A stretch of DNA of 64,000 nucleotides from Bdellovibrionales bacterium (GTDB taxonomy: Bacteria; Bdellovibrionota; Bdellovibrionia; Bdellovibrionales; UBA1609), in contig CBDCMT010000001.1 of NCBI GenBank assembly GCA_965219095.1, positions 64,001 to 128,000 of the forward strand, written 5' to 3'. Below are positions 12,105-22,879 of the stretch, in pieces. Numbering within the stretch: position 1 is the first letter of the stretch; every line of letters begins with the position of its first letter. The notes below the pieces were generated by a model. It saw nothing but the letters and a program-made list of their open reading frames with translations, did no database searches and was not told the DNA's origin. A program made the translations under genes and the position numbers.

Positions 12105-12300
12105 ATACATCTTTCTTTTCAAGACTTTGATCTTCTCTGTGAACAGGTTAAAAAACTGTCTTTTCGGTGTAAGTATCCGTCTACGATTTTCTTTTCAGTC
12201 AATTAAAGAATGAACTGAGTCTAAAAAGTCCTCTGTGAGTAAAGCTTTTAAAATAGGTTGTAAATAAGATTGGGAATGCATCAACAACCGTGATCTTGAC
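12105..12300 (+). pseudogene. Degenerate IS256-family fragment
   Basis: Decayed matches to FDLLCE and LKKSSVSKAFK of the IS256 transposase at 15003-15518. Confidence 0.55.
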
Positions 12301-12368
12301 ACACAAGAAAAAACCTTTGCTATAAAATTAGCTTTGTATAGTATAGGTGACTCAACGACTGAGTTATG

Positions 12369-13652
12369 CTAAAACAATGATTTGCATGAGTTGCTGTCGT
12401 TTTCTGAAGATGGAGTTGTGTTAGGTTTTTCTTCTTGTTTTGTTGGTGCTGCTACTTGGGCAGCTTTGTATTTTAAAAGAAGCTTTTGGATGGATTCGTC
12501 TTTTAAAAGAGATTCGTCTAAAGCTCTAACTAACTTTTCCCACTGAGGATGTTTCATTGCCATTTCTCTTGACAAAACTTTCTTCCATAGAGTACGTTGA
12601 AAATCATAGTCCCTTATTCTTATCAATTCTTTAATCCAACTTTCCCATAAGAGAGCGTGTTTTAGAATTACGAAATCTTTTGCCAAGAGGTCTAGCATGG
12701 GATTTTCGAAAAAAGTATAGAACCCTTTAAATCTTAATCTTCTCATCAAGACTTTCGTAACCCAAACATCAAAATGCGAGGAGAACTTCTCCATTATTGA
12801 TTTGTCTATTAAAATTTCTTTTGCGAGAAAAAAATGAACATAATGGCAAAGGCTTTTGCTGCTAACTAAAGAGTTTATAAATTTCAAAGAATTTTCTTTT
12901 TGGCTAAGATGTTCTGCTAAACTTATGTCATCTCTTTGTATGTTCTGCTCAGTTAATTTCTCAACATCAAAACTTCCTCTTTCTATCAATTCTTCCATTT
13001 GAACCCTAAAATTAGTATCCTTTCTTTGATCGAGGAGGGACCTAAGATCATCCACTATACGTGATATCGGTATCGGTTCAGGCCCGGGCCATTGAGAATT
13101 ATTTACATTTATAAGGCCAAGGCCTAGCCTTCCTCTTAAAATTTGTGTTGATGTAGAACGGAGTTCCCAAGATCCAGCCAACTCTTTTGGAAAAATTTTC
13201 CTAAGAATATCCCTAGTAATTATATCATTATGAGGTTTAAGCCAAGATCCAGCCAACTTCTCCAATTTTTTAGGTGTTCTCCGTCTTATTAATTCTTCCA
13301 TCAACTCATGTCTTTTTAAAAGATTTTCTGTAATTGCTTCACGAACTGTATCAGCGCCTCGTTTCATTAAATGTTCCACCCATGAGATCCATTGAGATTC
13401 TATTGTATAGGAATCATCAATAGATTGGAATATGTTATGAATTTCAACCGTTATATCATTACCAGTTAAAACCCTCCTTTCTAAATAATAATCCTTATAA
13501 TAAGTATCTTGAGTGGAGAGGGAGTCATTTGCATGTTGCGAAGATGTTTGTGAATTTGAGTGAATGCTCCATGAGATGAAAGTTAGAAAGCTTATAAGAA
13601 AAGCAAGTGCTTTGAATTTCTTTAGGATTGTTCTGCTTTTTGATGTGAACAT
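12369..13652 (-). CDS. Putative secreted helical hypothetical protein
   Basis: 427-aa ORF with N-terminal signal-like segment; low-complexity linker, then C-terminal SCKSLF. Confidence 0.7.
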   Translation of the reverse strand: MFTSKSRTILKKFKALAFLISFLTFISWSIHSNSQTSSQHANDSLSTQDTYYKDYYLERRVLTGNDITVEIHNIFQSIDDSYTIESQWISWVEHLMKRGADTVREAITENLLKRHELMEELIRRRTPKKLEKLAGSWLKPHNDIITRDILRKIFPKELAGSWELRSTSTQILRGRLGLGLINVNNSQWPGPEPIPISRIVDDLRSLLDQRKDTNFRVQMEELIERGSFDVEKLTEQNIQRDDISLAEHLSQKENSLKFINSLVSSKSLCHYVHFFLAKEILIDKSIMEKFSSHFDVWVTKVLMRRLRFKGFYTFFENPMLDLLAKDFVILKHALLWESWIKELIRIRDYDFQRTLWKKVLSREMAMKHPQWEKLVRALDESLLKDESIQKLLLKYKAAQVAAPTKQEEKPNTTPSSENDSNSCKSLF

Positions 13653-14242
13653 TTCCCTTTTTCCTTTCTTATGGAGGTTAATTTTAAATCTTCAGTAAGT
13701 TTAGACTTTGCAACGTTTTTTTAAATCCTCTAGTGTAATTTTTTGGATTCATCTTTAGTTTTGTTGTATTCCTTGAGTGCTGTCTCCAAGACTCTTTTTT
13801 CTAGTTTGTCCTTTATTAGTAGTCATAAAAACATGATCGCTATTTTTATCTGTGTTCTTGATAGCTGTTGCTATTTCGGTTACTAACTGTTCCATATTTT
13901 TAACCTCTATTGTCTTTTTGTTTTTGCTTTTGTTCAGAAGTTTTAAATCAAATACTTCAAAAAGACTGAAAATTGACACTTACTTTACTATTTACGTTCT
14001 TGCTGATAATGTTTTTTGCATCAATTCCTTTTTTCTCATGTCAGCTTTGGGTTTTTCTTCTTGTAGCAGAACTTACGGAAAGAAAAACAACTGTTTAGAA
14101 CTCCTAGCAGAAAAATAGTTTTAAAAATGTCTTTATGTTTTCATGTTCTTTATCTCCTTTCCTTATCTTTACTTCTTTTTTAGAATAAGCTAAGTTTGCA
14201 AAAAAATCAAGAAAAATTTTTTATTTATAACAGCAACTTGAA

Positions 14243-15608
14243 GAGGATGTCCGTAATCCCGTTAGGGTTTCAGAAGGGACTTTTTCATAATTAAGCTATC
14301 TCCATTTGTTTTTCAAGGGTTATTTTATTTATTTCTTCTATAAATAGAGGGATTTGTTTATGTCCCCTGATAGTGCGAAATTTTTTCTCGACATGTAACA
14401 AGGAAGCTGCGACCCATAAGGAGATTTGTCGAGGATTTTTTTTCCAATTCTTCACTCTTCCTGTTTGTTGACGAACGATAGAGAAGGCACTTTCTATTGG
14501 GTTCGTAGAGCTTAAAGTCTTTCGTAAAAGAGGAGGAGTTTTTAAACGAAGGACTGTCAATGTTTCTAAATGGGCTTCTTTAAGACTTTCTGAAGCTTCA
14601 GAGCTTATTTTTTTAAGCCACTTCAGAAGACTATCATGTTCTTTTTTAGCACTTTCATAATCTTCCAATCCATGAAGTTTTTTCCAACGTCTTTTAAACT
14701 CTAAGTGCTTTTCTTTGGGAAGATAGGAGAGGATATTCCTCTCCTTATGATGAATGCATCTTTGAACCAAAGAGTTCTGTCCAAAAACATCATTGATGGA
14801 TTTGCGAAGAGCTTTGCTTCCGTCAGTCACAAACAGTTTTTTGCTATCTTGTGGAAGACCACGTTCTATAAGATTTTGCAAGAGGTCTGTCACGATGACA
14901 GCGTTCTCTGTAGAGCCTTCTCTGAGACCTAAAATCATCTTTTTTCCTTCACTTGTAATTCCAAGAACGCAAATCACTGTTCTTTTTGAAAATTCAATGC
15001 CGTCAATCATTAAAAGCCACGAAACTTTCTTGTGAAAGATTCCGAGACTGAATGGCTTCCAAAGACTTTTGACAACTCATCTTGAAAGCTTTACTGACAG
15101 AGGATTTTTTTAAACCTAAGCCGTCTTCCAACTTCCTTTGTAAAGGCTCATAGTTTCTGGTGCTGACTCCTAAAAGCATAGCCCTCATTACATCTTCACA
15201 GAGAAGATCAAAGCTCTGGAGAACTGTATAACTCTCCAGAGGAACTTCCTCTTTGTTTTTTCTAAGACGAGGACGTTGAACTCTTATCCTCTGTCCTTGA
15301 AGAATAACAGATCCTTTCCCACTTCCTCCTCTGTGACAGAGACCCTCTGACTTTTTGTGGGAAAAGGGCTTTCCGCAGAGTCTTTTTACTTCCTCTTGGA
15401 AAAGATCATGGACTAATTTCAGCGTTGCTCCTTCAAGCTGCATAGCAATAAGCTGGCGAATCTTCTCATGTTTATTTTTTACCATTTGTAACTGGGATTG
15501 ATATTGTGTATCTTTCATTTGGGGCTCCTTTTTGGTTTGTTTATAATACCCTGAGTTTAGCTCAGGGGAGCCCCTTCTTCAAACCCTAACGACTTTACGG
15601 ACAATCTC
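14243..15608 (-). mobile_element. IS256-family element, complete ends, transposase frameshifted
   Basis: IRs GAGGATGTCCGTAA.../...TTACGGACAATCTC; 8-bp TSD AACTTGAA on both sides. One extra A at ~15012 relative to the copy at ~52148 splits ORFs 15003-15518 and 14291-15010. Confidence 0.93.
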
Positions 15609-15720
15609 AACTTGAAGCAGAAAGACTTTGAGAAGGTGTGATAATTTTTGTCAGTCGTATAAAATTTATACACTTTTTTGCACATTTTTTTTGCGATACT
15701 TTTTCAGAAAAGCCTTTAAA

Positions 15721-17209
15721 CCTAAAATCCCGTTAAGTTATAACTAGGATTTTAACAAAATCTTATAAGTGCTTAAAAATACGGTGATTTTTTTAATTTT
15801 TTTTCTTGCAATCTCTTTTTCCATGGTTATAATTATAACTATGAGCTACAGAGTCGAGCAAAAAATTAAAGGAAAAATTTACATTTATGAAGTTAAGAGC
15901 TTTTGGGATAAATCCAAGCAACAAGCAAGACAAAAAAGAACTTATCTTGGACGCAAGGATGAAAAAACAGGCAAAATTGTTTTAACTTCTAAAAACTCTA
16001 TTGTTCCTAAAGGTTCCTATAAATTTGGCAGTTTTTTTCTACTTAAAAATCTATCTGATCAAATTAATTTAACAAAAGTTCTAAAAAAAGTTTTTCCATA
16101 CGATTACAAAAAATACCTTTCTGTTGTATTTTACAAAGTGATCCAAGCTGATCCTTACTATTTATACAAGCTATGGGAAGAGGAAACCTATACTTTTTCC
16201 AATATTGGGCTTGATTCCCAGAGAATAAGTGAGATGCTCTTGGATATTGGAAAAAATGAAAAGCACATTGAAGTGTTTTTTAGCAATTGGATTAATGAGT
16301 AGGACAATAAATATTCAGTTATGTTTGATATTTCATCCATTTCTTCTTATTCTAAAAATAACGAACTAGTTGATCGTAGCTATAACTGTGACAAGAAGAA
16401 TCTCGGTCAAACAAATTTAGGGATTATTAGTAGACGTGAGAAAAACTCTATTCAACTACCTTTAGCTTATAGAATATATCCTGGAAGTATATCGGATGTA
16501 GTAACTTTAAAAAACATAATTAAACTGATTAAGTACTATAAACTTAATGTTAATTATTTTGTTATGGATAGAGGTTTTTATAGCAAGGAAAATATACGAG
16601 AGATGAATAACAAAGGGCTAAAATTCCTCCTACCACTGGTCTTTACAACACGAAAAGCAAAACAATTAGTTTATGATTTTGATGAAGAAATCAGCAAACC
16701 TATTTGCTCTTTTTTATACAATGAAAATGTTTATTCTCATGTAAGGACTAAGGTAGAAATAAATGGAGTTATGTGTGTAGCACATATTTTTTTAGATAAA
16801 GAAAGAAGAGCAAGGGAGGAGAGTTTGTTGATAAGAAAAATGTCATATTTGGAATCAATTTTCTCAGAGAAGGGTTTTAAAGATGAAATAAGTGCTGAAG
16901 AATATATTAAAGAAACAATGAAGTCAAAGAGAAGATTCTTTAAAGTAAAGAAGAGAAATAAAAGGGTTACTATAGAAAGAGATGAAGTTTTCCTCAAAGA
17001 GGCAGTTATGCAAATGGGAAAGTTTATTTTTATTACAAATGAAAGGGGCTTAGATCGGAAGGATGTGTTATTGCTTTATCGCAGTAGAGATGGGATAGAA
17101 AGATTATTTAGATCTTTTAAGCACGATATTCTTGAAAAAAGGAGTAGGGTAAAATCATCCACTTCAATGAAGGGAAGTGTTTTTATAAACTTTTTGGCTT
17201 TGATTTTAA
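15721..17209 (+). mobile_element. IS1634-family element (type A), second copy, 3'-truncated
   Basis: Matches 5343-6831 including the internal TAG; preceded by TTTAAA; right end replaced. Confidence 0.9.
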
Positions 17210-17441
17210 AAGCTGTAGCAGAAACAATTAGCCCTTTTACATAAGTTGAAGTATTAGATACCGACACCTCTACATAATCACTTAACCCGCTTAGCTCCTC
17301 TTCTACAGTAATCACATAAGAGCAATGTCTTCTATTGCGATGGTCTCGTCCATAAGAATCATAATGGTAGTCCTCCTCATCTAGATAGGAGATAACTTGT
17401 TGGAAAACAGAATTAATTCCTCCCCAGCCGTTGATGGCTTT
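17210..17441 (-). repeat. 232-bp inverted copy of 21518-21749 (internal part of CDS 20606-21931)
   Basis: Identical peptide KAINGWGG...GLIVSATA on the minus strand; junctions checked by eye. Confidence 0.95.
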
Positions 17442-18116
17442 ATGAATCGAGCTCATGCTTATAAGGCTTTAGTACATGAGACCAAAAGTGATGATAAGGT
17501 CAGTATGGGGCTTTATTTTTACCCTGTTCTTATGGCTAGTGATATTTTGCTTTTTTCTTCAGATCAGGTTCCTGTAGGAGAGGATCAACTTCAGCACATT
17601 GAGTTTGCTCGTGATATTGCAAAAAAATTTAACAACAAATACGGTGAGATTTTGAAAGTCCCTCAAGCTGTGAAACAATCAAAAAAATCAATTTTAGGCA
17701 CTGATGGAAGAAAGATGTCAAAAAGCTATGACAATACTATCTGTATGTTTGATGATCCTCAAAAACTAAGAAAATCCATTATGAAAATTAAAACTGATTC
17801 TTTAGGTATTGATGAGCCTAAAAGTGTTGAATCATGTCTTTTATTCCATCTTTATCAAGAGTTCGCTAATGAACAAGAAATTGAAGTTTTAAAACATAAA
17901 TATCAAGAAGGGGTAGGTTGGGGTGAGGTCAAAGAAATTTTATTTTTGAAAATAGAGTCTTTTTTTGAATCTTCCTATGAAAAGTACCTTTATTACAAAA
18001 ACAAACCTCAAGAAGTAGAAGAGATTTTACAAGCAGGAGCTAGGAGAGTCCGTAAAGAGGCTTTAAGCCTTTTAAAAGATATCCGAAAAGCCATAGGTCT
18101 TAGTCATACTTTTTAA
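17442..18116 (+). pseudogene. trpS: Tryptophanyl-tRNA synthetase, 5'-truncated
   Basis: MNRAHAYKA, YPVLMASDIL, VPVGEDQLQH and KMSKS motifs; the HIGH-motif N-terminus is absent. Confidence 0.9.
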
Positions 18117-18332
18117 ATCATGAATTTTTTGTCTATCATCCTATTTTTATACCCATAGAACAAAGTAATTTTATTGACAATAAATCATCTTAGATAGCTT
18201 TAACTTTGGTTTGAATCATTTTCTTATCTTTCATCTTGAAATTGACAATACATCCATGAAATCTCTTACTAGAGAACACCTTATGAGGTTATGATGAAAA
18301 AAATTCTTGCACTGGGTAGTTGCAGTTAGGAA

Positions 18333-19283
18333 CTATTTGAATCGAATCTCCAAACAGTAAATACCATAAGATTGAACATAATAGTTAGTGTTTGAAGATG
18401 TTTTGCAGTTTTTATTTTTATTTAAATAAACTTGTGCTGAATAGGGTGGGAGGTTCTGCAGAGGTTTTTTGCGAGGATGAGCTTTAGGGCTTTCTATAAC
18501 AACATAACCCCATGGATCTAAAACGTTGGGAAAAAATCTAGCTAACTGGAAAGCTTTAAAACTTTCTTTAAAGGAAGAGCAAGTCTTTATGCGAAGTACA
18601 TTCTTTTTATTTTTTTGCTCTTTTAAGGTCTCCTCAATAAAATCTAGACCTTGTTTTTGAGATGATGATGTTAGAAGGTTGTGGAAGAGTTCATCTTCTC
18701 CACAGATTCTATAAACATAGTAAAAGTACTGGAAAAGCTGTCCATATTGAGATAGAGATTCTCTTGCTTTCAAATCTTCAGTCCATTGATGAGGTGAATG
18801 TATTTTAGTTAATGAAACTTCAGGTTTTTGAATCCCCTGATCGATAACAGCATTTAGTTTTTGCGTGATTAAATATTCAGAAAGAAGAGCTATACCTTCT
18901 TGCACCCATAATTTTTCATGAGGGCGATAGTAATTATGAATTAAATGGGTTATTTCATGGGAGAGGAGTTTTCTTCGGCTGTTTTGGTTTGATGTGAAAA
19001 AGTCATAATTCCCTATAAAAATAGTATTTGATGCAGGATGATAAAGTCCTCCAAAAGCCACCTTTTTTTCATTTGTAAACTCTATTGTCCATGATAGAGA
19101 GGAAGGTAGATGCTGTTTAATGATCGCACTTTTTAAAATAAAGGAAAGGTCTTGTTCTATCAAAAATCTTTTATCCTTTTTTAAATAAGAGGGCTGAATC
19201 TTATAGTCTCCCCATACGAAACATATTCCTACTAAGGAACAAAATAAAAAAATGAATTCGGATTTTATTGATTTATAACTCAT
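18333..19283 (-). CDS. Putative secreted zincin metallopeptidase
   Basis: HEITH (HExxH) followed by WVQEGIA; N-terminal hydrophobic segment. Confidence 0.7.
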   Translation of the reverse strand: MSYKSIKSEFIFLFCSLVGICFVWGDYKIQPSYLKKDKRFLIEQDLSFILKSAIIKQHLPSSLSWTIEFTNEKKVAFGGLYHPASNTIFIGNYDFFTSNQNSRRKLLSHEITHLIHNYYRPHEKLWVQEGIALLSEYLITQKLNAVIDQGIQKPEVSLTKIHSPHQWTEDLKARESLSQYGQLFQYFYYVYRICGEDELFHNLLTSSSQKQGLDFIEETLKEQKNKKNVLRIKTCSSFKESFKAFQLARFFPNVLDPWGYVVIESPKAHPRKKPLQNLPPYSAQVYLNKNKNCKTSSNTNYYVQSYGIYCLEIRFK

Positions 19284-19660
19284 ACCTCTTTCCTTGCATT
19301 TATGAAAATCTTAGCGACAGAACTTAATGCATCGTAGCATTTTTAAGCTGATTTGTCCATCATTTTAAATCATCACCTGCAAGTTATTGAAATTATATTT
19401 TAAATAAGTAAACTATAACGCACCATTTCTTCGTATTAGAATTTAACAAATGTATCACTATTTACATTAATATTTTATGTATATTTTTCATATTAAATTT
19501 TAATATATTGAAATTACTTATTTTTATTCTTAAATATAATAACTATGTATTTTTTACACGAAATAAATTTAACAAAAATTTTTTAAATTAAAAAATTTTT
19601 GTTGCTATTTTCTCCCTTGTTAGTTTATACTTGCTCAAAAGAGAAAGGAAATAGAACAAA

Positions 19661-20578
19661 ATGGAATATGAAAAAGAAAAGGGCTTACCAAAAAAGGGTG
19701 CAAGACAGGATTTTTATTCTGATTTACCTGATGTTTTTCAATACCAAGATTATAGAGAGTTTTTAAAACATTGGTTTGAAGCGAAAAAAAAGCAAAGAAA
19801 TAATTACTCTGGAGCTATTTTTGCTAAAAAAGGAGGTTTTAACTCCCATACTCTCCTGAAAATGGTTATTGATAAAAAAAGAAACCTCACCTATAACACT
19901 CTCTTAGCTTTTTCCAAAGCCTTAGGTTTAAAAACTAAACAAAGGCAATATTTTGAAAAGCTAGTTTTGTTCAATCAAGCCAAGAGTTCAGAGGTGAAGG
20001 CTGATTTTTTCCATGAACTTTGTCTGCTTTCCAAACAATCTAAGTACACAGTTTTAGATAAAATTAAGAACTACCAAAGATATTGCTCTTACTGGTATGT
20101 GATAGCAATTCATGAAATGACGGCCTTGGAGGACTTTAGAGATGATCCTGAGTGGATAGCAAAAAAATTAAAAAATAAGATCACAAAAAAGGAGGCGCAA
20201 AAAGCATGGCAGACTTTATTAGACTTAGGCTTTGTTGTGAAGAAGAAGGGACGCTTTGAGGCTGTTGATCCAGTAATTGATTTCAGTACAGGAAAGGCTG
20301 ATTTTGTGATTCAAAATTTTCATAAACAATATTTGAAACATACGTTTTCTTTTATTGATAAGGAAGGTCTTGCAGAAAGAGAGCTTTCCTCTCTAACTTT
20401 GGCTGTATCCAGTGAAGATAAGGAGAAAATTCGAGAAATGGTCAATGAATTCAGAAGATATATTAATTTAATTTATACAAAATCAAGACAAAAACAAAAA
20501 CCTCGTCATTTACTAGCCATAAATATGCAGATTTTAAATCTTACTACAGAAGTTAAAGAGGATGATATAAAAAAATAA
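19661..20578 (+). CDS. TIGR02147-family protein (N-terminal HTH + DUF4423-like)
   Basis: DVFQYQDYREFLK, KKRNLT, WYVIAIHE, IQNFHKQ and ERELSSLTLA motifs; long AT-rich upstream region. Confidence 0.8.
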   Translation: MEYEKEKGLPKKGARQDFYSDLPDVFQYQDYREFLKHWFEAKKKQRNNYSGAIFAKKGGFNSHTLLKMVIDKKRNLTYNTLLAFSKALGLKTKQRQYFEKLVLFNQAKSSEVKADFFHELCLLSKQSKYTVLDKIKNYQRYCSYWYVIAIHEMTALEDFRDDPEWIAKKLKNKITKKEAQKAWQTLLDLGFVVKKKGRFEAVDPVIDFSTGKADFVIQNFHKQYLKHTFSFIDKEGLAERELSSLTLAVSSEDKEKIREMVNEFRRYINLIYTKSRQKQKPRHLLAINMQILNLTTEVKEDDIKK

Positions 20579-20605
20579 AAAAACCAAAATTATAAGGAGA
20601 AAAAA

Positions 20606-21931
20606 ATGAAAAAAATAAAAAGACAAAAAATAATTTCAGTTATACTTTTTCTATTTTCTGTTTCAGCATTAGGTGTTCAGGGAATAGGTAAGGGAATAGG
20701 TATAGGAAGCGGATCTAAAGGAGAAGATCAAGTACGTCAAATAAGTGCTGGAGTGAATCCCTTATTTCCCTCTGACTTAGACAGCTATATGGTGTATAGC
20801 GAAGAGGATATCAATTCTGTGCTACACTGGGGATCAGGCTCTGTTTCAACGATAGAACAAGCTCTTTATGAGGCAAGTGATTATGCCAACGAAGGAAAAT
20901 TAGAAAAAGCCAAAAAGATTTTAAAGACGGCTCTTATTATAGCAGCTAAGAACTTTCCTAAAAACCCTGCAGATTCAGGAAGTCCTATAACACAGAAACT
21001 AATACATCGCTCTCTTCAGTACTTAGGAGCTTTAGAAAAAGTTTTTTTAAACGATGGGAAATATACACAAAGAGAAAAAGGAACTGAGTTTTATTTCCTT
21101 CAAGAATATGCTTTTATGATTGTGTCTGCGTGGAGGGATCTGGATCAAGATTATTACATTCCCTACTATCATAGATATCACAGATGCCATCCTTATCATT
21201 ATCAATGCAGACCTGAGATCTTCAGTTATAGCGATTTTAGTGAGAAGTACATAGATTATGCAAAAAAAGAGTTGAAGTTTATACTTGATAAATTTTTAGT
21301 TGAAGCTAACAGTGCTGGTTATCACTATTACAAAGTGCCTGTGGGTGATGAGGGGGCTGTGTTGGTGTTAGCTGAGATGTCATCTCGTAATGTGGCAGGT
21401 GATATAGCCAGTACTCTATGGGCTTATAAAAATTCTTTTGCGGTTCAACAATTGATGGCTTTAAATCGAAGATTATCTCAATTTAGAAAAGGCAATGGAG
21501 GGTATAAAAATGTTCACAAAGCCATCAACGGCTGGGGAGGAATTAATTCTGTTTTCCAACAAGTTATCTCCTATCTAGATGAGGAGGACTACCATTATGA
21601 TTCTTATGGACGAGACCATCGCAATAGAAGACATTGCTCTTATGTGATTACTGTAGAAGAGGAGCTAAGCGGGTTAAGTGATTATGTAGAGGTGTCGGTA
21701 TCTAATACTTCAACTTATGTAAAAGGGCTAATTGTTTCTGCTACAGCTTATGGAGCTGATGCTCAGGTGAGTGTGTGGTCTAATAGAAAGTCAAAAGGCA
21801 TGATGGACATTCCTCAATATGATCCTAAATATTCTATTCCTGTTAAGGAAAGAATCCGAGATGTAAGATTTCATCTTACAAGAGGACAGAGAGTAAGAAT
21901 TCATAGTATAAAAGTTAATTACTGTGAGTAA
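20606..21931 (+). CDS. Secreted hypothetical protein (helical N-domain, beta-rich C-domain)
   Basis: 441 aa, AAGGAG RBS, signal peptide, Gly-rich linker, His/Tyr-rich patches. Confidence 0.75.
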   Translation: MKKIKRQKIISVILFLFSVSALGVQGIGKGIGIGSGSKGEDQVRQISAGVNPLFPSDLDSYMVYSEEDINSVLHWGSGSVSTIEQALYEASDYANEGKLEKAKKILKTALIIAAKNFPKNPADSGSPITQKLIHRSLQYLGALEKVFLNDGKYTQREKGTEFYFLQEYAFMIVSAWRDLDQDYYIPYYHRYHRCHPYHYQCRPEIFSYSDFSEKYIDYAKKELKFILDKFLVEANSAGYHYYKVPVGDEGAVLVLAEMSSRNVAGDIASTLWAYKNSFAVQQLMALNRRLSQFRKGNGGYKNVHKAINGWGGINSVFQQVISYLDEEDYHYDSYGRDHRNRRHCSYVITVEEELSGLSDYVEVSVSNTSTYVKGLIVSATAYGADAQVSVWSNRKSKGMMDIPQYDPKYSIPVKERIRDVRFHLTRGQRVRIHSIKVNYCE

Positions 21932-21983
21932 ATGTTATGATGAAAATAAAAAAAATGAAATGAAAGGAAGAAAGGGTTTTAAA

Positions 21984-22844
21984 ATGAAAAAAGTTATTTT
22001 AACAGTAGGATTATTTCTAAGTCCTATTTTATCTGAAAGTATGTTTCCTGAAGATGCTTTTATACAAAAGCCTAAGGAACAAAATAAAAATAAAAGCACT
22101 TACCAAATCTATCACGCCAAGATAAGGAAAGACAAAACTAATACAGATGTTTATGTACATTTAAGGACTTTTAAGGTTCGTTCTACTTCTGAGGAACAAA
22201 CTTTTGCTGTGATAAAAATTACTAGAAAGTACAAATACAAAAAAGAAATATCTATCAAGGTAGGACTTTTTAGACTCCTACCTGCAGATGGCGGCCGATA
22301 CCATTGGAGTCTCCTATTCACCCGAGATGGCATCTTGGAATCTTCTAAAGATATTGTTTATACCAGCACTTCTACAAAAATAAATAAAGGGAGAAAGAAG
22401 ATGCAGCTTCTAAAAGCTAATCTATCATGTAATATTAAGGATCTTCTTCCTAACAAAATTGTGCTTCAACAGGTAGTCTCTTCTCATCATGAGGTTTGGA
22501 TGCCCTTTCCTTTCAATGCTTTTGTTCAAAAGAGATCAAAAAGAGATCAAATAGGTTACATACAAGAAGGGGAATTTTATTCTGGCAGGGGTTTTTCTCA
22601 AGAAGGTGATTTTATTCTACAGAAAATGACTCCATATGTGACGACTCTAAGACCTAAAGTAGCCTCTCTTTTTACATCATCAGGGTGGGACATTAGTTTA
22701 GAAGCTGAATCTATAGCCCTAGCCTTTCAAAATAAATCCTCATGGAAAAATCATAAAACTATTCTATTTGTTGATAATGAGGGTGGTGATGATATATGTT
22801 TTAAAAATGCTGTTTTTTATAATCTTCACGAGCCAAGAGATTAA
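21984..22844 (+). CDS. Secreted beta-rich hypothetical protein
   Basis: Part of ORF 21924-22844; probable start MKKVILTVGLFLSPILS at 21984. Confidence 0.65.
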   Translation: MKKVILTVGLFLSPILSESMFPEDAFIQKPKEQNKNKSTYQIYHAKIRKDKTNTDVYVHLRTFKVRSTSEEQTFAVIKITRKYKYKKEISIKVGLFRLLPADGGRYHWSLLFTRDGILESSKDIVYTSTSTKINKGRKKMQLLKANLSCNIKDLLPNKIVLQQVVSSHHEVWMPFPFNAFVQKRSKRDQIGYIQEGEFYSGRGFSQEGDFILQKMTPYVTTLRPKVASLFTSSGWDISLEAESIALAFQNKSSWKNHKTILFVDNEGGDDICFKNAVFYNLHEPRD

Positions 22845-22879
22845 TCTATGATTAGAAGGAGTAAAACAAAGGAGAAAAA

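Noticed and set aside
17210..17441. Template repeat of a diversity-generating retroelement
   Set aside because: The copy appears identical with no adenine-specific differences. The paralog differences I inspected are also not A-restricted, and no reverse transcriptase is present.
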